This document shows positions 44,217-59,572 of a DNA stretch of 64,000 bases, one piece after another. Positions within the stretch are counted from its first letter, which is position 1, and the number at the start of each line of letters is the position of its first letter. Below the pieces are notes generated by a model. The model saw nothing but the letters and a program-made list of their open reading frames with translations, was not told the origin of the DNA and ran no database searches. The translations under genes were made by a program, and so were the position numbers. This DNA comes from the human T2T-CHM13v2.0 reference genome, Homo sapiens, in the NCBI RefSeq assembly GCF_009914755.1, contig NC_060946.1; one strand, given 5' to 3'.

Positions 44217-45942
44217 CTTGCAAGATAATTTGGTTTACCTCTTTAGGAAGCCAAGGAGTGCTACCGACCAGCAGCCACTTTAGTTTTTATTTTTAATTTT
44301 TTAGTTTTTTATTGACTATGCCTTATAAAAGGACCAGCAGCCACTTTAACTTTTTGGGGCTGGGCTTAAACTAGAGTTGCAGGCTCAGCTTTACTATGCT
44401 GCTGCTGGCCTAAGGCTGTTTACTGCCTGTAGTGCTGGTATCATTTGCAGTCAGGGCAATCTTACCTTTAGCGCTGTGTTCTTCTCCACTGCTTTCCCCT
44501 CCTGTTCCACCTCAATATAATTTTGTGGGAGGAGGAGGGGAGGGTTGAAGGAACTGTCTTCAAAGATTTCTGTAATTTACAGTGAACCCAAAAATTACAT
44601 TAAAAGTCTGTATTATCCAGGATCGAGCTGTTTTACCATGGGAAAGCCCATCAGAGTACCCAACCCTCCATATGGCCAGAAAGAACAACTCTGTCTGAAT
44701 ACACGAGTTTCAGGGGCTGCTTGTGCCTTCACTCATTAGGGTTAAAACATGGTCTTAAAGCTGAAGGCCGCCTCTGACCTGACAGCTCCAAGTCCTGCGG
44801 ACTCCTGCGCCCAGTAATCACCTCCATGGCGAAGCACTGTTCCTGCTCCCGCAGGCGGCTATAGGTCCACAGCAGGCTCTGAAAGTGCTCCCACAGCTGG
44901 ACACGCTGCCCCAGGTCTGGGGGCCGCAGCCTGAGGGCAGAGCCAGAGAGGGCGGGAGAGACCACGAGAAAGCTGGTCTCTCCCACACCCAACAAAAGGA
45001 CCAGAGTCCCAGCTCAGTGTTAGAGCCAGGTGAGCCCATGTGACCTGCCCACACAGCTGGGAAAGCGGGTCGGGTTTCTGGCCCAGCTCTAGCTGTGGAG
45101 TGGGGTGGGATAGGCACGGAGCCAGAAGGCAGGCAGCTGAGCAAATCACCTCACTCTTCAATCTCTGTCACACAAACACATGTCATATAAACCCAGCTAG
45201 AGAGAGCCAGGGTGGTGCTTAAGCTTCTCACACAGAGGCCACTGAACACAGAAAGGTCTGGTCTATCATCAGGGCCCTACACAGGGTTGCAGCCATCTCG
45301 GATGCTGGCAAGGTCTGCACTGGCCAATGTGGTTCATGTAACAGGCATCTACCACCTGCAGCATTTGCCACTGAAACCATGACCTATCTGGACTAAAATG
45401 GCTCATGAAACAATGTTTGTGCATTTGAGAAATGCCTCGAGCATGTACAGCTTCCGCTGCAGGTCCCCCTCGCTCTTGGTGTGGTCGCCATTGATGGCAA
45501 TGAACAGGCATTCTCCAAACAGGTGAAGGACATACAGGGAGTTGCTGTTTTCCATGGAGAAGCAGGTGTAGGTGTCCGAGAGCTTCTCCAGCATCGTCAT
45601 GGAGGAGATGATGACCGGGGCTAGGAGGGGGCTGAGCTGGTCCTGTAGGGCAGGGAGCTCTTCTTCCTCATTCTCTGACTGCCCGAACTTCAGCTGGAGA
45701 CTCTCTTCAAACTCCTCATCCGTCCAGTAGAAGAGGGCCTCTGTGCCCTCAATGGCCACCAAGATGCACTTCATCTTGGTAAGGAGCACAGTGGAGCGTC
45801 CAGACAGCCAGAGGTTCAGAAAGGGCTGCAGCAGACAGACTCTGTGACTGCCTCATCGGAGAGCAGCACAACATCCCTGGTCCTGCAAATGCGGATCGCG
45901 GCGTGCACAGCACCCCGCCTGCGGGACAGAAATGTTTTCTGA

Positions 45943-46328
<386 letters not shown>

Positions 46329-47572
46329 TGAGCCACCGCAACTGGCCCATTGGCCTTTCTTGTTGTACTGTTCTGTCCCTTCCAGGTAAGACAGGTACAT
46401 TTTCTAGTAGTAAGCTCCTGTGTCTTAAAAAAGAAAATAACATTCATTGAGTGCTTACTTTATGCCAGGCACTGTGCTATGGGCTTTATATAAATAATTT
46501 CCTCTCTGAAAAAAACAAAGACAACAAAAAAAATTACTTCTTTGATTCTTTTCTAAAAGTTCCTTGAAATTGCCATGGACCCTCCCATTCGTGCAGGTGG
46601 GGAGAAAGAAGCTCAGAGTCGTTGAGTACTTGGCCCAGTGAGTAAATGGTGGAGCCAGGATTTGTGAACAGTTTTGTGGACTCAGAAGCTTCCATCCCTT
46701 ACAGGGGTGGTGAAGAAGGCCTTTCCGAGAGGCCCGAGAGGCCCCAAGGCAGAACCATCCAGCCAAGCCCACCCCAAATTCCTGTCCCACAGAAACCAAG
46801 AGAGATAATAAAAAGACGGTTGCAGGGTTGTCTCGCCCCTCCTCTGTCTCTTGCCTGCTCTCTCTAAGGAATTCAGAGCCTTCCCATCTTGAATACCAGC
46901 GGCAGCTCCAGAATTTCCCCGTGGGACAGGCTTACTGAGAGCCGTCTTGTGAAGGGGGTAGCCCTGGACTTGCCTGGGAGCTGTGTCTGTGTAGCAGGTA
47001 CTCTGCTTTCAGGAGGATGCAGGTTTTGTTGGGGGAGAGTGTTCCAGGGACTGTGAGGGGACTGAGCCTGCTCCTGAAGCCATCTCCTTTTTATTTAATT
47101 TTATTTTTTTGAGACAGAGTCTCGCTGTGTTGCCTAGGCTGGAGTGCAGTGGCAAGATCTTGGCTCACTGCAACCTCCATCTCCCGGTTCAAATGATTCT
47201 CCTGCCTCAGCCTCCCGAGTAGCTGGGATTACAGGTGCCCGCCACCATGCCTGGCAAATTGTTGTATTTTTAGTAGAGATGAGGTTTCACCATGTTGGTC
47301 AGGCTGGTCTTGAACTCCTGACCTCAGGTGATCCACCTGACTTGGCCTTCGAAAGTGCTGGGATTACAGGCATGAGCCACTGCGCCCGAAGCCATCTCTT
47401 GGTAAAATACTGCTGAGCATTCAGACAGAACAGAATTAGGAGAAAGAGAAGGAACCAGCATTGATTTCTTCAACACACTGTGCTAGGTACCTCAGGCATT
47501 TCGATTATTCTAGGCTGTGAGTGAAGAGTTGTTGCCAGAATCTAAAGTGTGTTCTGAGAACTTGGCCAAATG

Positions 47573-47691
47573 TAGGGTGACCATATGACTTACCATTCAA
47601 ATTTGGGACACTTTGGGGGTGACGAAGGGATTACTATCAATAATTATGCCCTGGGATTGTCTCACTTAAACTGGGAGGTATGGTCACCCTA
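47573..47691. mobile_element. MER96-like hAT MITE with perfect 13-bp TIRs
   Basis: TAGGGTGACCATA ... TATGGTCACCCTA. Confidence 0.75.
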
Positions 47692-47717
47692 GGCAGAAGG
47701 GAAGTAAAATGGTCCTC

Positions 47718-48200
47718 TGTTACTGATTATCTGTTGCTGTGTAACCAATCACACCAAAATTTAGTGGTTTAAAACAACAACAGTCTTTTTATTATATCTC
47801 TTAGTTTCTGTGGGTCAGGAATTGGGAGAGGGCTTGGCTGGGTGGTTCTGACCTGGGGTCTCTCATGCATTATAGTTTGGTGTGGGTGGAGCTTCTGTTT
47901 TTCTCTCTCTCCATTTAGCCTCAGGGTCATTCTGTAGTGAGTCCATGTGGGGAGTTCAGAGCAAGTATTCTGGCGAACAAGCTGGAAGCCATGCTGCCTT
48001 CTGTGATCTAGCCTCCGAAGTTATACAGCATCTCTCCCATCCCCGTAACTTGTTGGTTCCAAGTGAGTCACAAGCCTGCCTAGAGTCAAGGGCGAGGGAG
48101 GACAGAGACTGAATTTCTTGCTGGGTAAGGCACAAAGTTATGGAACAAGTATGTGGAGTGGGAGGTATTGTCGTGGCCATCTTAGGGGTATGAACTCTGC
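47718..48200 (-). mobile_element. Old MLT1 LTR
   Basis: tatctgttgctgtgtaaccaatcacaccaaaatttagtggtttaaaacaac...tctgtgggtcaggaatt. Confidence 0.65.
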
Positions 48201-48412
48201 CATGGATGCAGACTGGCCTTTTCTAAGAGTCATCAGTTTGGTTATCTGCAAACATGACTGAAGAGTGTGGGGTACATCAATGCCAGGCAAAGTTTCTGAA
48301 GGAGTCTGGCTCAGAGGGGGAGGCCTGGAATACGATCCTAGTTTACCAAGGGGAACCTGGTCAGTTACCTTGCAACTTTGGAGAAAGAGTGAATGGAAGT
48401 GTCCCTCAGTAG

Positions 48413-48802
<390 letters not shown>

Positions 48803-51627
48803 TGATCCGCCCGCCTCGGCCTCCCAAAGTGCTGGGATTACAGGCGTGAGCCACCGTGCCTGGCCGATAAATGCTTCTTAATGCTGTTGTTTATTCTGAC
48901 TCCCTGCCACCAAGCAGTGCTGTGACACCGTGGATCCTCATGGAACTTGTGCTGTAGGGAAGCACGTGCTGGTTAGGCTGATGGAAGTGCTCCATTCTGC
49001 TGGTGGGGTATTTACTGTGCTCTCCAATAATAAATGGATCTTCTGCTATGCGTCAGCCTTGTAAGTTTGGTCAAAGGGAGTCTGCCACCGCCTTGTGTGC
49101 AGAAAGATCCCGGATATCCTGTGGTGGATTCACCTCATTGGGACCGGTCAGTGTGGCCAACCTCTCTTCCAGAGTGGCAACTTGCGTTTCCTTGCTTATC
49201 TTTTAAGAAGCACCATAGGAATCATCACCCCATTTTATAGACGAGAACACTGAGGCTCAGAGAGGAGGAATGTCTTGCCCCAGGTGAGCCAGCTGGTCAG
49301 GGTGCATTTGGAATGGAAACCCAGGTGTGGCTGAAACCAAAGCTGGCACTCTCCATGCACAATTCCAAAACCCACAAAGCTCTGAAAATCTAAAGCTTTT
49401 TCATGAGATTGGGGCAAGCATTTGATGGCAAACCTGATATGAATTGGATGTGAGGTTATTTATAGTCTTTATTTTGTCCCACTTAGCGTGAATATTTATA
49501 CATTTTGCTGCAGAAAAATTAAAGGGTTTATGGAATATTGCTCCAGAGCTCACTGGCATGTCACCTGATATGCGGTAGATCCACTCGAAAACCTTTCAGG
49601 AATCCAAAGAATTCCAAGTTATAAAGCACATTGAGGCCGGATGTGGTGGCTTCAGACCTGTAATCCCAGCACTTTGGGAGCCCAAGGCGGGCAGCTCACC
49701 AGAAGTCAGTAGTTTGAGACCAGCCTGGGTGAAACCTCATCTCTACTAAAATACAAAAATTAGCCAGGCGTGGTGGTGGGTCCCTGTAATCCCAGCTACT
49801 GGGGGAGGCTGAGGCATGAGAATCGCTTGAACCCAGGAGGTGGAGGTTACAGTGAGCCAAAATCGGGCCACTGCACTCCAGCCTGGCCGACAGAGTGAAA
49901 CTGTGTCTCAAAATAAATAAAATATAAAATAAAATACATAAATTGATAAAGCACATTGAGCCGCGAGGATTTCAGATAAGAAATTGTGGAGCTGTGCTAC
50001 CTGTACCAAACTTTTCTGTCTCGGTTAGGCAGAGATCACTACCCCCATTCTGCAGATGAGGAAGACTGAGGGCAAGGAACATGGTGTCCCAGGTAGGACG
50101 GCAGCCATTTTATCATCCTGTTGGAGGCTGTGCCAGCAGGAAAGGAAGCTTTGGAGCCACCAGCCCACCCCAGCCTCCCAAGAACCTTGTTGTCTCAGCA
50201 AAATTTCAGAACTAGAAAACCTGGAAAGATTAAAGCCCCAAAGAATGCCACAAGTCCCCCAGGAAGAAAGGGAGGCTTTGCTGTGCGTTCCAGTGGTCGA
50301 CATTCTAAATCATTTTTTATTTCAGCTGCATGTACACTCACCCATCACAGGACCAGTTCTCAGAATAGAGAGGTACCTGTTGAATCATCCACCCTACTTC
50401 CTGCCTCGTGTGGGCATGTCTCCAAGTGCTGAGCCATCCGCTTCGCTGCCGTGGCCTGAGATATATCAGGATTTGCAGGCCTGGCGACAGGAGACAAAAT
50501 AGATTCCCATTTCCTTCAGAACCATTTAGCTAGTTTAGAGAGTGTTTGACTGTTTCAATGGGATGAGCAATAACCAGGCCTCTCCTTGGCTCCTTCTCTC
50601 TGCCCCATATGTTTTCTTCTGTTGGAAGCTGGGATTTGGGGTCTTAGGGCCAAAGATAAATACTGATTTTGGCTCGATCTGGCCGCACAGCTGTGGGCTA
50701 GTAGGTGCCCCTCTCTGAACCTCAGGCCCCCACTTTCTGCAGCACAGTGTTGTTCTCATCTCTGTTTTTTTTTTTTTTTTTTTTTTTTGAGATGGAGTCT
50801 CTCTCTGTTGCCTAGGCTGGAGTGCAGTGGTGCGATTTCAGCTCACCGCAACCTCCATCTCCTGGGTTCAAGCAATTCTCCCCACCTCAGCCTCCCGAGT
50901 AGCTGGGATTGCAGGTGCCTGCCACCAGGCCCAGCGGATTTTTGTGTTTTTTAGTAGAGACAGAGTTTCACCATGTTGGCCAGGCTGGTCTCGAACTCCT
51001 GACCTCAGGTGATCCGCCCTCCTCAGCCTCCCAAAATGCTGAGATGACAGGCATGAGCCACCGCATCCGGTCTCTCATCTCTTCATACCACATGCCTTGG
51101 TTCCCACTGCCCCGGCGGGTGCCTGGAGAGCCTTGTGGCTGGGGCTGAGTGACCGCAAGGTGATATTTAAGGTGGTCTCATGGAGCAGTCTGACATCACT
51201 GTAATGCAAGCAGACATCTGGGGAGTCAGACTGACTGAATTTGAATTCCAGCGATTTAAATTTTTACCACTGTTGTGTGACCTTGGGCAAGTTGTGTGAC
51301 CATTTGAGCCATAGCTTCTTCATCTGTAAAATAGATGGAATCATAGCATGTACCACTTCGGGAGGGAGGGAGAATAGAATTAGGTCAGATTTTATATGTG
51401 ACATGCTTAAGGCAGTGCCTGGCATGCAAATAAGCCCTTGATACATGCCAGTGGGGTTACTCTGGTTACCAGAAACTTGGAAGTAGGGGCTTTGGCTGGG
51501 GCAAGATCTCGCAACATTTAAAAAGCAATCACTGACCGGGCACCGTGGCTCATGTCTGTAATCCCAGCACTTTGGGAGGCCGAGGCAGGTGGATCACGAG
51601 GTCAGAAGATCGAGACCATCCTGGCTA

Positions 51628-52260
<633 letters not shown>

Positions 52261-55200
52261 TAATCCAGGGGCTGCAATACCTATAAAGTCCTTAATCAAA
52301 TATATTTTGCGTCTATGTTTAAAAAGCAGATTTCACCTAAAAATCTAGTTTTTTGGCTTCTCTTAAGATCTGGCAACACCGGGCTGGCCTTCCTGCGATA
52401 CGAGAAGAAGCTGGAGCTGAATAGGAGTTGCCCCCTTGGCCAGGGGCTCTCTACTTTGCCTCAGTCCCCACTACTCCCTATTGCACCAGATTCAAACTTC
52501 TTCATAGTCATGCATGTTTGCCGCTGGGGCCTGTGGGAGTTTGCTGATAAGTTGCAGTGCAATGCTGTGGGTGCTGTGAGAGCACGATGAGCAATAATAA
52601 CTCAGCCTTGGGCAGTCAGGAAAAGCTTCCCAAGGGAGGCGAAGTCACAGCTGCTTCTCTATAAAACCTGCAGATGCTGCTGAACACCCTCATCTTTATG
52701 GCTCAAGGACATGAATAAAGGACGCAAAGTCAGAGCTCACGAGGAATCTCTGGCATAAAGCGACTGAGGCCCAGTGACTTATCTCGGGTCACACAGCCTG
52801 CTGATGGCAGAAGTGGGGCTAGAACTAGGATTACCAACCAGAAACCTTTTTGGACTACTTTCCCTAGAACCAGAGCTGTCAACCAGAAACAGTTCTGGGC
52901 CACTCTACCTCCCCTGTCTCTGGATTCCTCGGGAGTTAGGAGGATTTGTACTCTGGAATCTTAGACTTGAGTCCTGTCTCTGCCATTTACTTGCAGTATG
53001 ACCTCAGATGAGTCACTTCCTTTCCTTGAACCTCAGTTTCCTCATCTGTAAGGTAGAGCTAAGGATTCTGACCTCAAAGGAGTGTTCTGAGGGCCAAACG
53101 TTGGGAAAGTGGACAGGAGGCAATCTCAGACATCTCATTAGCTCAAGAGGACTCTAGATACCTGAGGGTCATTATGACTGTTGACAAGTAGCCACCTTCT
53201 CCCAAGAGATTTTGTTACCATCTGTTTAACAGTGACCTTGAAGGGGATCCATCCCCCACTTTGCCCTTGCCAGTCCCTTAAAGGAGCACGCATGGCCTTT
53301 GGTCAGGCTTGGACCCTGGAAGGGAATGCTTTGGGATTCTCTGACTTTGGGTGTGAACTGGGCCCTGGATGCAGAGCCCAAGGGTTCCCCTCTCCTGGGA
53401 GGCTCCAAGGTCACAGCGAGTACTAGGGTAGAGTTGGGAAGGAAGCAGAATTTCCTGGGCAAAAGAAATGTCAATAATTCTTTTGTTTTCTTCAAGGCAT
53501 CTACCTGCCTATCTGGGGCTCCCCTTAAATCCCATGTCTGTGGCTGGAACTATTGAGACTCTCCTACTTTGAGGAGGTCCCACTGTCCTGAGTTCAAATC
53601 CTGACTTTTCTCCTTATTAGTTGAGTGTGACTTTGGTTGGACAAGATTTCAAATTCCTCTAAACTCCAATGTCCTCATCTACAAAATGGGCCTCTTAAGA
53701 GTACACATTTGGTAAGGTTTAGTGGGAATTAAGTGAGATTATGTGTGAAAGGGTTTAGCACAGTGTAGAGCTCAGTCAATGCCCGTTATTACTGTGATTG
53801 GAAATTAGAATGATTGCCACCCATCGTGTTTGTATAACACTTGACCATTTCTGAACTTATGCTTCTCTTACGCCATTTGATCTTCGCAATGACTCTTTGA
53901 GGTGGCCGGTGCAGGGATCATGACCTCATTGCACAGATGAGACAACTGGAGCTCAGAGAAGGCAACCGTCTACTCAAGGTCACACAGCTTGAGTATGGCA
54001 GAGTGGCAGAGCCAAGTTCACTTCTTGTTCTTTTTTTTTAAGATGGAGTCCGGCTCTGTTGCCCAGGCTAGAGTGTAGTGGCATGGTCTTGGCTCACTGC
54101 AACCTCCGCCTCCCGGGTTCAAGCGATTTCCTGCTAATTTTTGTATTTTTAGTAGAGAAGGGGTTTCACCATGTTGGCTAGGCTGGTCTTGAACCCCTCA
54201 CCTCAAGTGATCCACCCGCCTCGGCCTCTCAAAGTGCTAGGATTACAGGCGTGAGCCACCACACCTGATCTCAAGTCTTCTGAGATGAAGATTAAACAGC
54301 ACCTTCCACAGGGTCAGACCGGACGAGACAAGACCAGGCTTTGACCACGTGGTTGGGTTGTTCCCTGGGTGCTTCATATCTCCCAAAAACTCCTTGATAG
54401 AAATAATCCACAATGCTGTTTCAAACCCTTTTTGCCTCTGTTTATGCTCTGAGCCTGTACCACCTCTAGGGGCGAAGAAACTTCTCCTTTCTCCGTGGCG
54501 TCAAACGGACTTTTCCTTGTATTTGTCCTAAAGGGACCTCAGCAGCCCCTCCCCGTTGGGTCCGTCAAAGCACTCTGCCAGAAGGTCTGTGTGTTCTTCA
54601 GTGTGGGCACATGATGGCGCTGCTCCACAACGCATGAAAAATCAGGCCCAACCCACCCCTCACCCCCCGCCCCCCGGACTGCATTTCAACGCATCAAAGA
54701 TCAATTAAACACCTACTATGTGCAAGTGACTGTGATTGCTCCGGGGAGGGCTTCAGTTATTCAATACTGTTATGTTTAGCTATATTAATAATAGCCGTAA
54801 TAACATCGGTACAGGGCTTCATAGTTTATCGAGCAATTTACGTGGATTATCTGGTTCTATCTGCCAAGCAGTCCTGATGCGTTAGATCGGGTGGGTCTTT
54901 CTGTCCCACTTGAGGAGGAAACTGAGGCACGGAGGGTGACAGAACTTATGTAAAGGCACGGGGGAGAGAGGCACATGGTAGGCATTTGATGAATTATAGG
55001 TGGTGGATGGAATGAGGCAGACCCAGGCATCTATCTCCTCCAGGTTGTTATTCATCAGTGAGGGCCGGGATTGTATCTTATTTGTCTTTCCATCCCCACT
55101 CCTAGCACGGCTTCTGATTGAGGGCTTCCACAGACCTCTGTGGCAGGGAGAGGAGAGGCAGGGGGATTCCCTGTAGGCTGCAATGCCGAACAGCTCCTGG

Positions 55201-56125
55201 AAGGCTCTCTGAGGGTGTGCAGGCTGAGAGAGGTGGCTTCTGGGCTGGAGACTGCAAAGAGAGGAGGTCACTGCCTTCACCGTGTAGCATTTGCAGGACA
55301 TGAATGACTCACCGTAATTCAGCTCCTGAAGGCACCAAGTAGCTGAGTGGTCAGGATGATTCATTCATTCATTCAACAAACGTTTTCTGAGTGCCTGTTA
55401 CATGCTAAGCATTAAGAATGCAGGTATGCAAACACAGCCTCTGTCCCCCTGGAGCTTCCAGAGCAGTGGAGGAGATGGAGGGCAAAGAGCTAGCAATGCG
55501 GTTTGGTTTGAGTTGCCCAGAAGTCTGTACTGAGTGCCACGGGGTAACCAAGTCTAGTGGCACAGTGTGAAGGCTACAAGAGGGGGAGATGTTTTGCAGG
55601 ATTTGAAGGATGAAATGAATTTGCAGATAACCAGACAAAGAAAGGTGCATGAGGACTGGGGGAAGGGAAGCATCAGGGGCAGTGGGGTATGTACGGGCAG
55701 GAGCTGTCAAAGGGCGTCAGTCATGTGTTTGAGGATGGGTAACAGATGCGTAGGAAAGACAGTGGTACCAGCAGGGAGGGCCTTGAAAGCTATTCTGAGG
55801 ACTGTGAATTGCATCTTGTATTTGTCAGGGAATCACCATGCTGGGAGCTCTGCTAGGAGCTCAGAGTTCCATGGAGAAGGTGGGCAAAGAGAGGCCCATC
55901 ACTCATGTTTACTGAGCCTTGACTATTTCGTGGTGCTAAGCACTTCTTGGGCCTTGGTTTATTGTCTGTCTTATAAGGCAGGTACTGTGATCATCCCCAT
56001 TTTATACACGAGTAAACTGAGACTTGGGATACTGACATAAGTTTTTCCCAAGGTCATAAAACTGGTACTAGTGGAGTCAGGACTTGTCTTTTTTGTTTTT
56101 TAATGGTCACCTTTACTAAAGCTGA

Positions 56126-56317
<192 letters not shown>

Positions 56318-57915
56318 TGAGTAGCTGGGACTACAGGCACATGCCACCACATCTGGCTAATTTTTTTGTATTTTTTAGCAGAGACAGGGTTTCACCATGT
56401 TGGTCAGGCTGGTCTTGAACTCCTGACCTCGTGATCTGCCCACCTTGGCCTCCCTCCCTCCCCAGAGGTGACTACTGTTACACTTTCTTGTGTTTTTTAT
56501 TTTCTAGAGACTTTGCCTGTTTGTTTTGTGAGAGGTGTTTTATATAGACATAAGCACAAAAAGCAAGACAAGACAAGTGCCTGTTAACTACAAACATGGG
56601 CTTTGGGAAGAGCCAGTGTGGGTTTAGATCTTGACTTTTTCTGAGAGCCTGACAAGTGTCACCATTAAATGCTGGTTTGGACAAAGGGTGGGCGGGCTTG
56701 GAGGGTGGGATGAGGATGGCAGGGGGTAGGGACGTGGACATCAAGAGGTCTGTGTGCACAAGTGTGACTGTGTGGGCCTGGACTGGGGGTGAGGTGATCA
56801 GATGGGGACAGGAAATGGGGACTGCAGAGGCCTGGTGAGAGACAGAGCAGGGACGAGGCAGGGGAGAGCGGCTGCTGCGGGGCTGTCATAGCCGGCAGGC
56901 GTTTGGCAGGGCAGAAGGCACAGTAAGAGGAAGAGAGGCAGCCTGCGGGCTTGGCTTGGGACAGCCTCTCTAAGGCTCGTGCTGACTCTCGAGCAGTTCC
57001 AGCTCAGCAGGCCATGCACACGAACCAGGAAGCTGGGTGGACTGGGCTGGGAAGGAGGCCATGGGCTCAGGAGCCCGGGAGATCTGGTCCCAGTGCCCAG
57101 TGGGGATTCTGGGCAAGCCAATTCCTCTCCAGGCATCTGTGCGGGTCAGCGCCACACGGAAGCCCCTCGTCCCTGTTGATCTTCACTGTAGAGGGAGAGG
57201 CAGGGAAAGGCTTGGGAGATGCCGGGCTGGGATGGGCTAGGGGCTTGGAATGCCTGCCCAGAGGTTTTCAGGGCGGCATCTCAGCAAGTGTCCACAGTGT
57301 GCAGAGCTCTCCCAGGCAGGATGGGCACCTATACATGCATGCATATGTGTACTTTACATGTTATATGTAATACAATGTAATACATGTTATTTTGCTCGGT
57401 TCCCACTTCCCCTTTTAGAAGCCAGTTGATATATAATGAGTTGGTGTCCTCCCATTCTTTTTGATGCATTGAGGATCCTAAGTCTGTGCCCCAGTCCCCA
57501 TAGTCTGTTCACTTCCTGGCTTCCTGGAAGAACAAAATGTCCCCGCCTCCTCTCGTTCTTTCCCTGCCCCACTCCTAGAATCAGCTGTTTTTCTAAGGAG
57601 CCCAGGTTTTCTTCCCTGAGAAATGCTATTTGGGTGGGGGAGAGGGAGGGAAGCAACAAGCTGTGGGGGAAGAGCCTCGATCTGGGCAACCCCTTTGCTC
57701 TTGTGACCTCGAGCAAGTCCCTCGGGGCATTAGGGGACCAGTTATGTCCTTTCTAGACTCACCTGAGGCCAAGAAGATGTGGGAAACATCCATCCTGTGT
57801 GCCTGCGGTCTGGAAAGGCACAGCCCCAGCTCTGCCCCTGTGTGGCTGTGTGATTCTGGGTTTCTTAACCTCTCTGAGCCTCAGAGTCCCCATCTGTGAG
57901 ATAGGAATAACATGA

Positions 57916-58140
<225 letters not shown>

Positions 58141-58450
58141 TAATTCCCTTCTTCCTCCCCTTAATTATTTGACTTCAGTACCCCAGGAAATGAGGACTGG
58201 GATATTGGATGGTTTGGGAGAGGAGGAAAGAGGTGTCCAGGGAAAAGGAAGAAATTGGGAAATAGAAGACCACGGACAAATAAAAGAGGAGGGGTTAATT
58301 CAGAATAGGGAAGACGGGCCAGGCGCAGGGGCTCACACCTGTAATCCCAGCACTTTGGGAAGCCGAGACAGGCGGATCACGAGGTCAGGAGTTCGAGACC
58401 AGCCTTGCCAATATGGTGAAACCCCGTCTCTACTAAAAATACAAAAATTA

Positions 58451-58594
<144 letters not shown>

Positions 58595-59368
58595 TCAAAA
58601 ATAAAAAAAAAGAAAAGAAAAGAATAGAGAAGATGATTTTAATCATCAGAGCTTTCCAATAAAGGCAGGCTCTGGCTGCTTGGGGGAGGTTGAGAGCCTC
58701 CTGTCATTAGAGGTATGCAAGTAGAGGCTGAGGGATTGTGAGCCACACAGATGTGTTTGTGAGGACTCGCAATGGCCAGGAGGTAGATTCCTTCACTCAG
58801 CAAACTTTGGGAGAGGGCTGTCCTTGCCTGGTCCTGTAATGGGGCAGGGAAGCCAAGGTGAATAGGACACCATCCCTGGCCCCAGGGAGCGCCCAGCCCA
58901 GGAAATAAGCAAATCGCTGAGATCCTTTTACTCTGCAGTTCTGTGCTTTGAAGCATCCAAGCCTTGGAGGGAGTTGGCTGGGGATTTTCAGTGTGCGCCT
59001 TTTGGTATTGATCCACTGAAGTTGGAGCTGGCTGGGGAATGGCAGGAGGACGCCGCAGTGTTATTAGTGCGGAGGACACGCTGTAATCTGTCAGTGTCAC
59101 CCCGGTTGCAGCTGGCCAGGAACCATCCTGCTGTTAACGCCTCCCTTCCCAGCAGCCATGGAGCACACAACTTGTACAGCACCTGCCAGTGCCTCCACCT
59201 CTCCTTGTAGGAGGGAGAGTGTGGATATTTATTCTTTTTCTGCATCTCCCTAGCATGAGTCCTCGTCTCCAATCACACTAATTTATTCAGTGTTTTCCAA
59301 CACACCTTGGGCATTCCTACCTCTGTACCTTCAGTTACCAGAATTCCCTACCAGCGGTGGTCACTCCT

Positions 59369-59572
59369 GTCCATTCATCCATCCACCTGTCCATCCATCC
59401 AATCATCCATCCATCCACCCACCTATCCATTCAATCATCCATCCATTCATCCGTCATCCATCCATCCCCCCATTCATCCATTCAATCATCCATCCATCCA
59501 TTCATCCATCCACCCACCCACCTTCCATCCATTCAACTTTGCAATCCGCTTCAGTTCAATTCAATTCAATTC
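59369..59572. repeat. Degenerate (TCCA)n tract followed by (TTCAA)n
   Basis: Direct reading; it also explains the HPSI-rich ORFs here. Confidence 0.9.
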
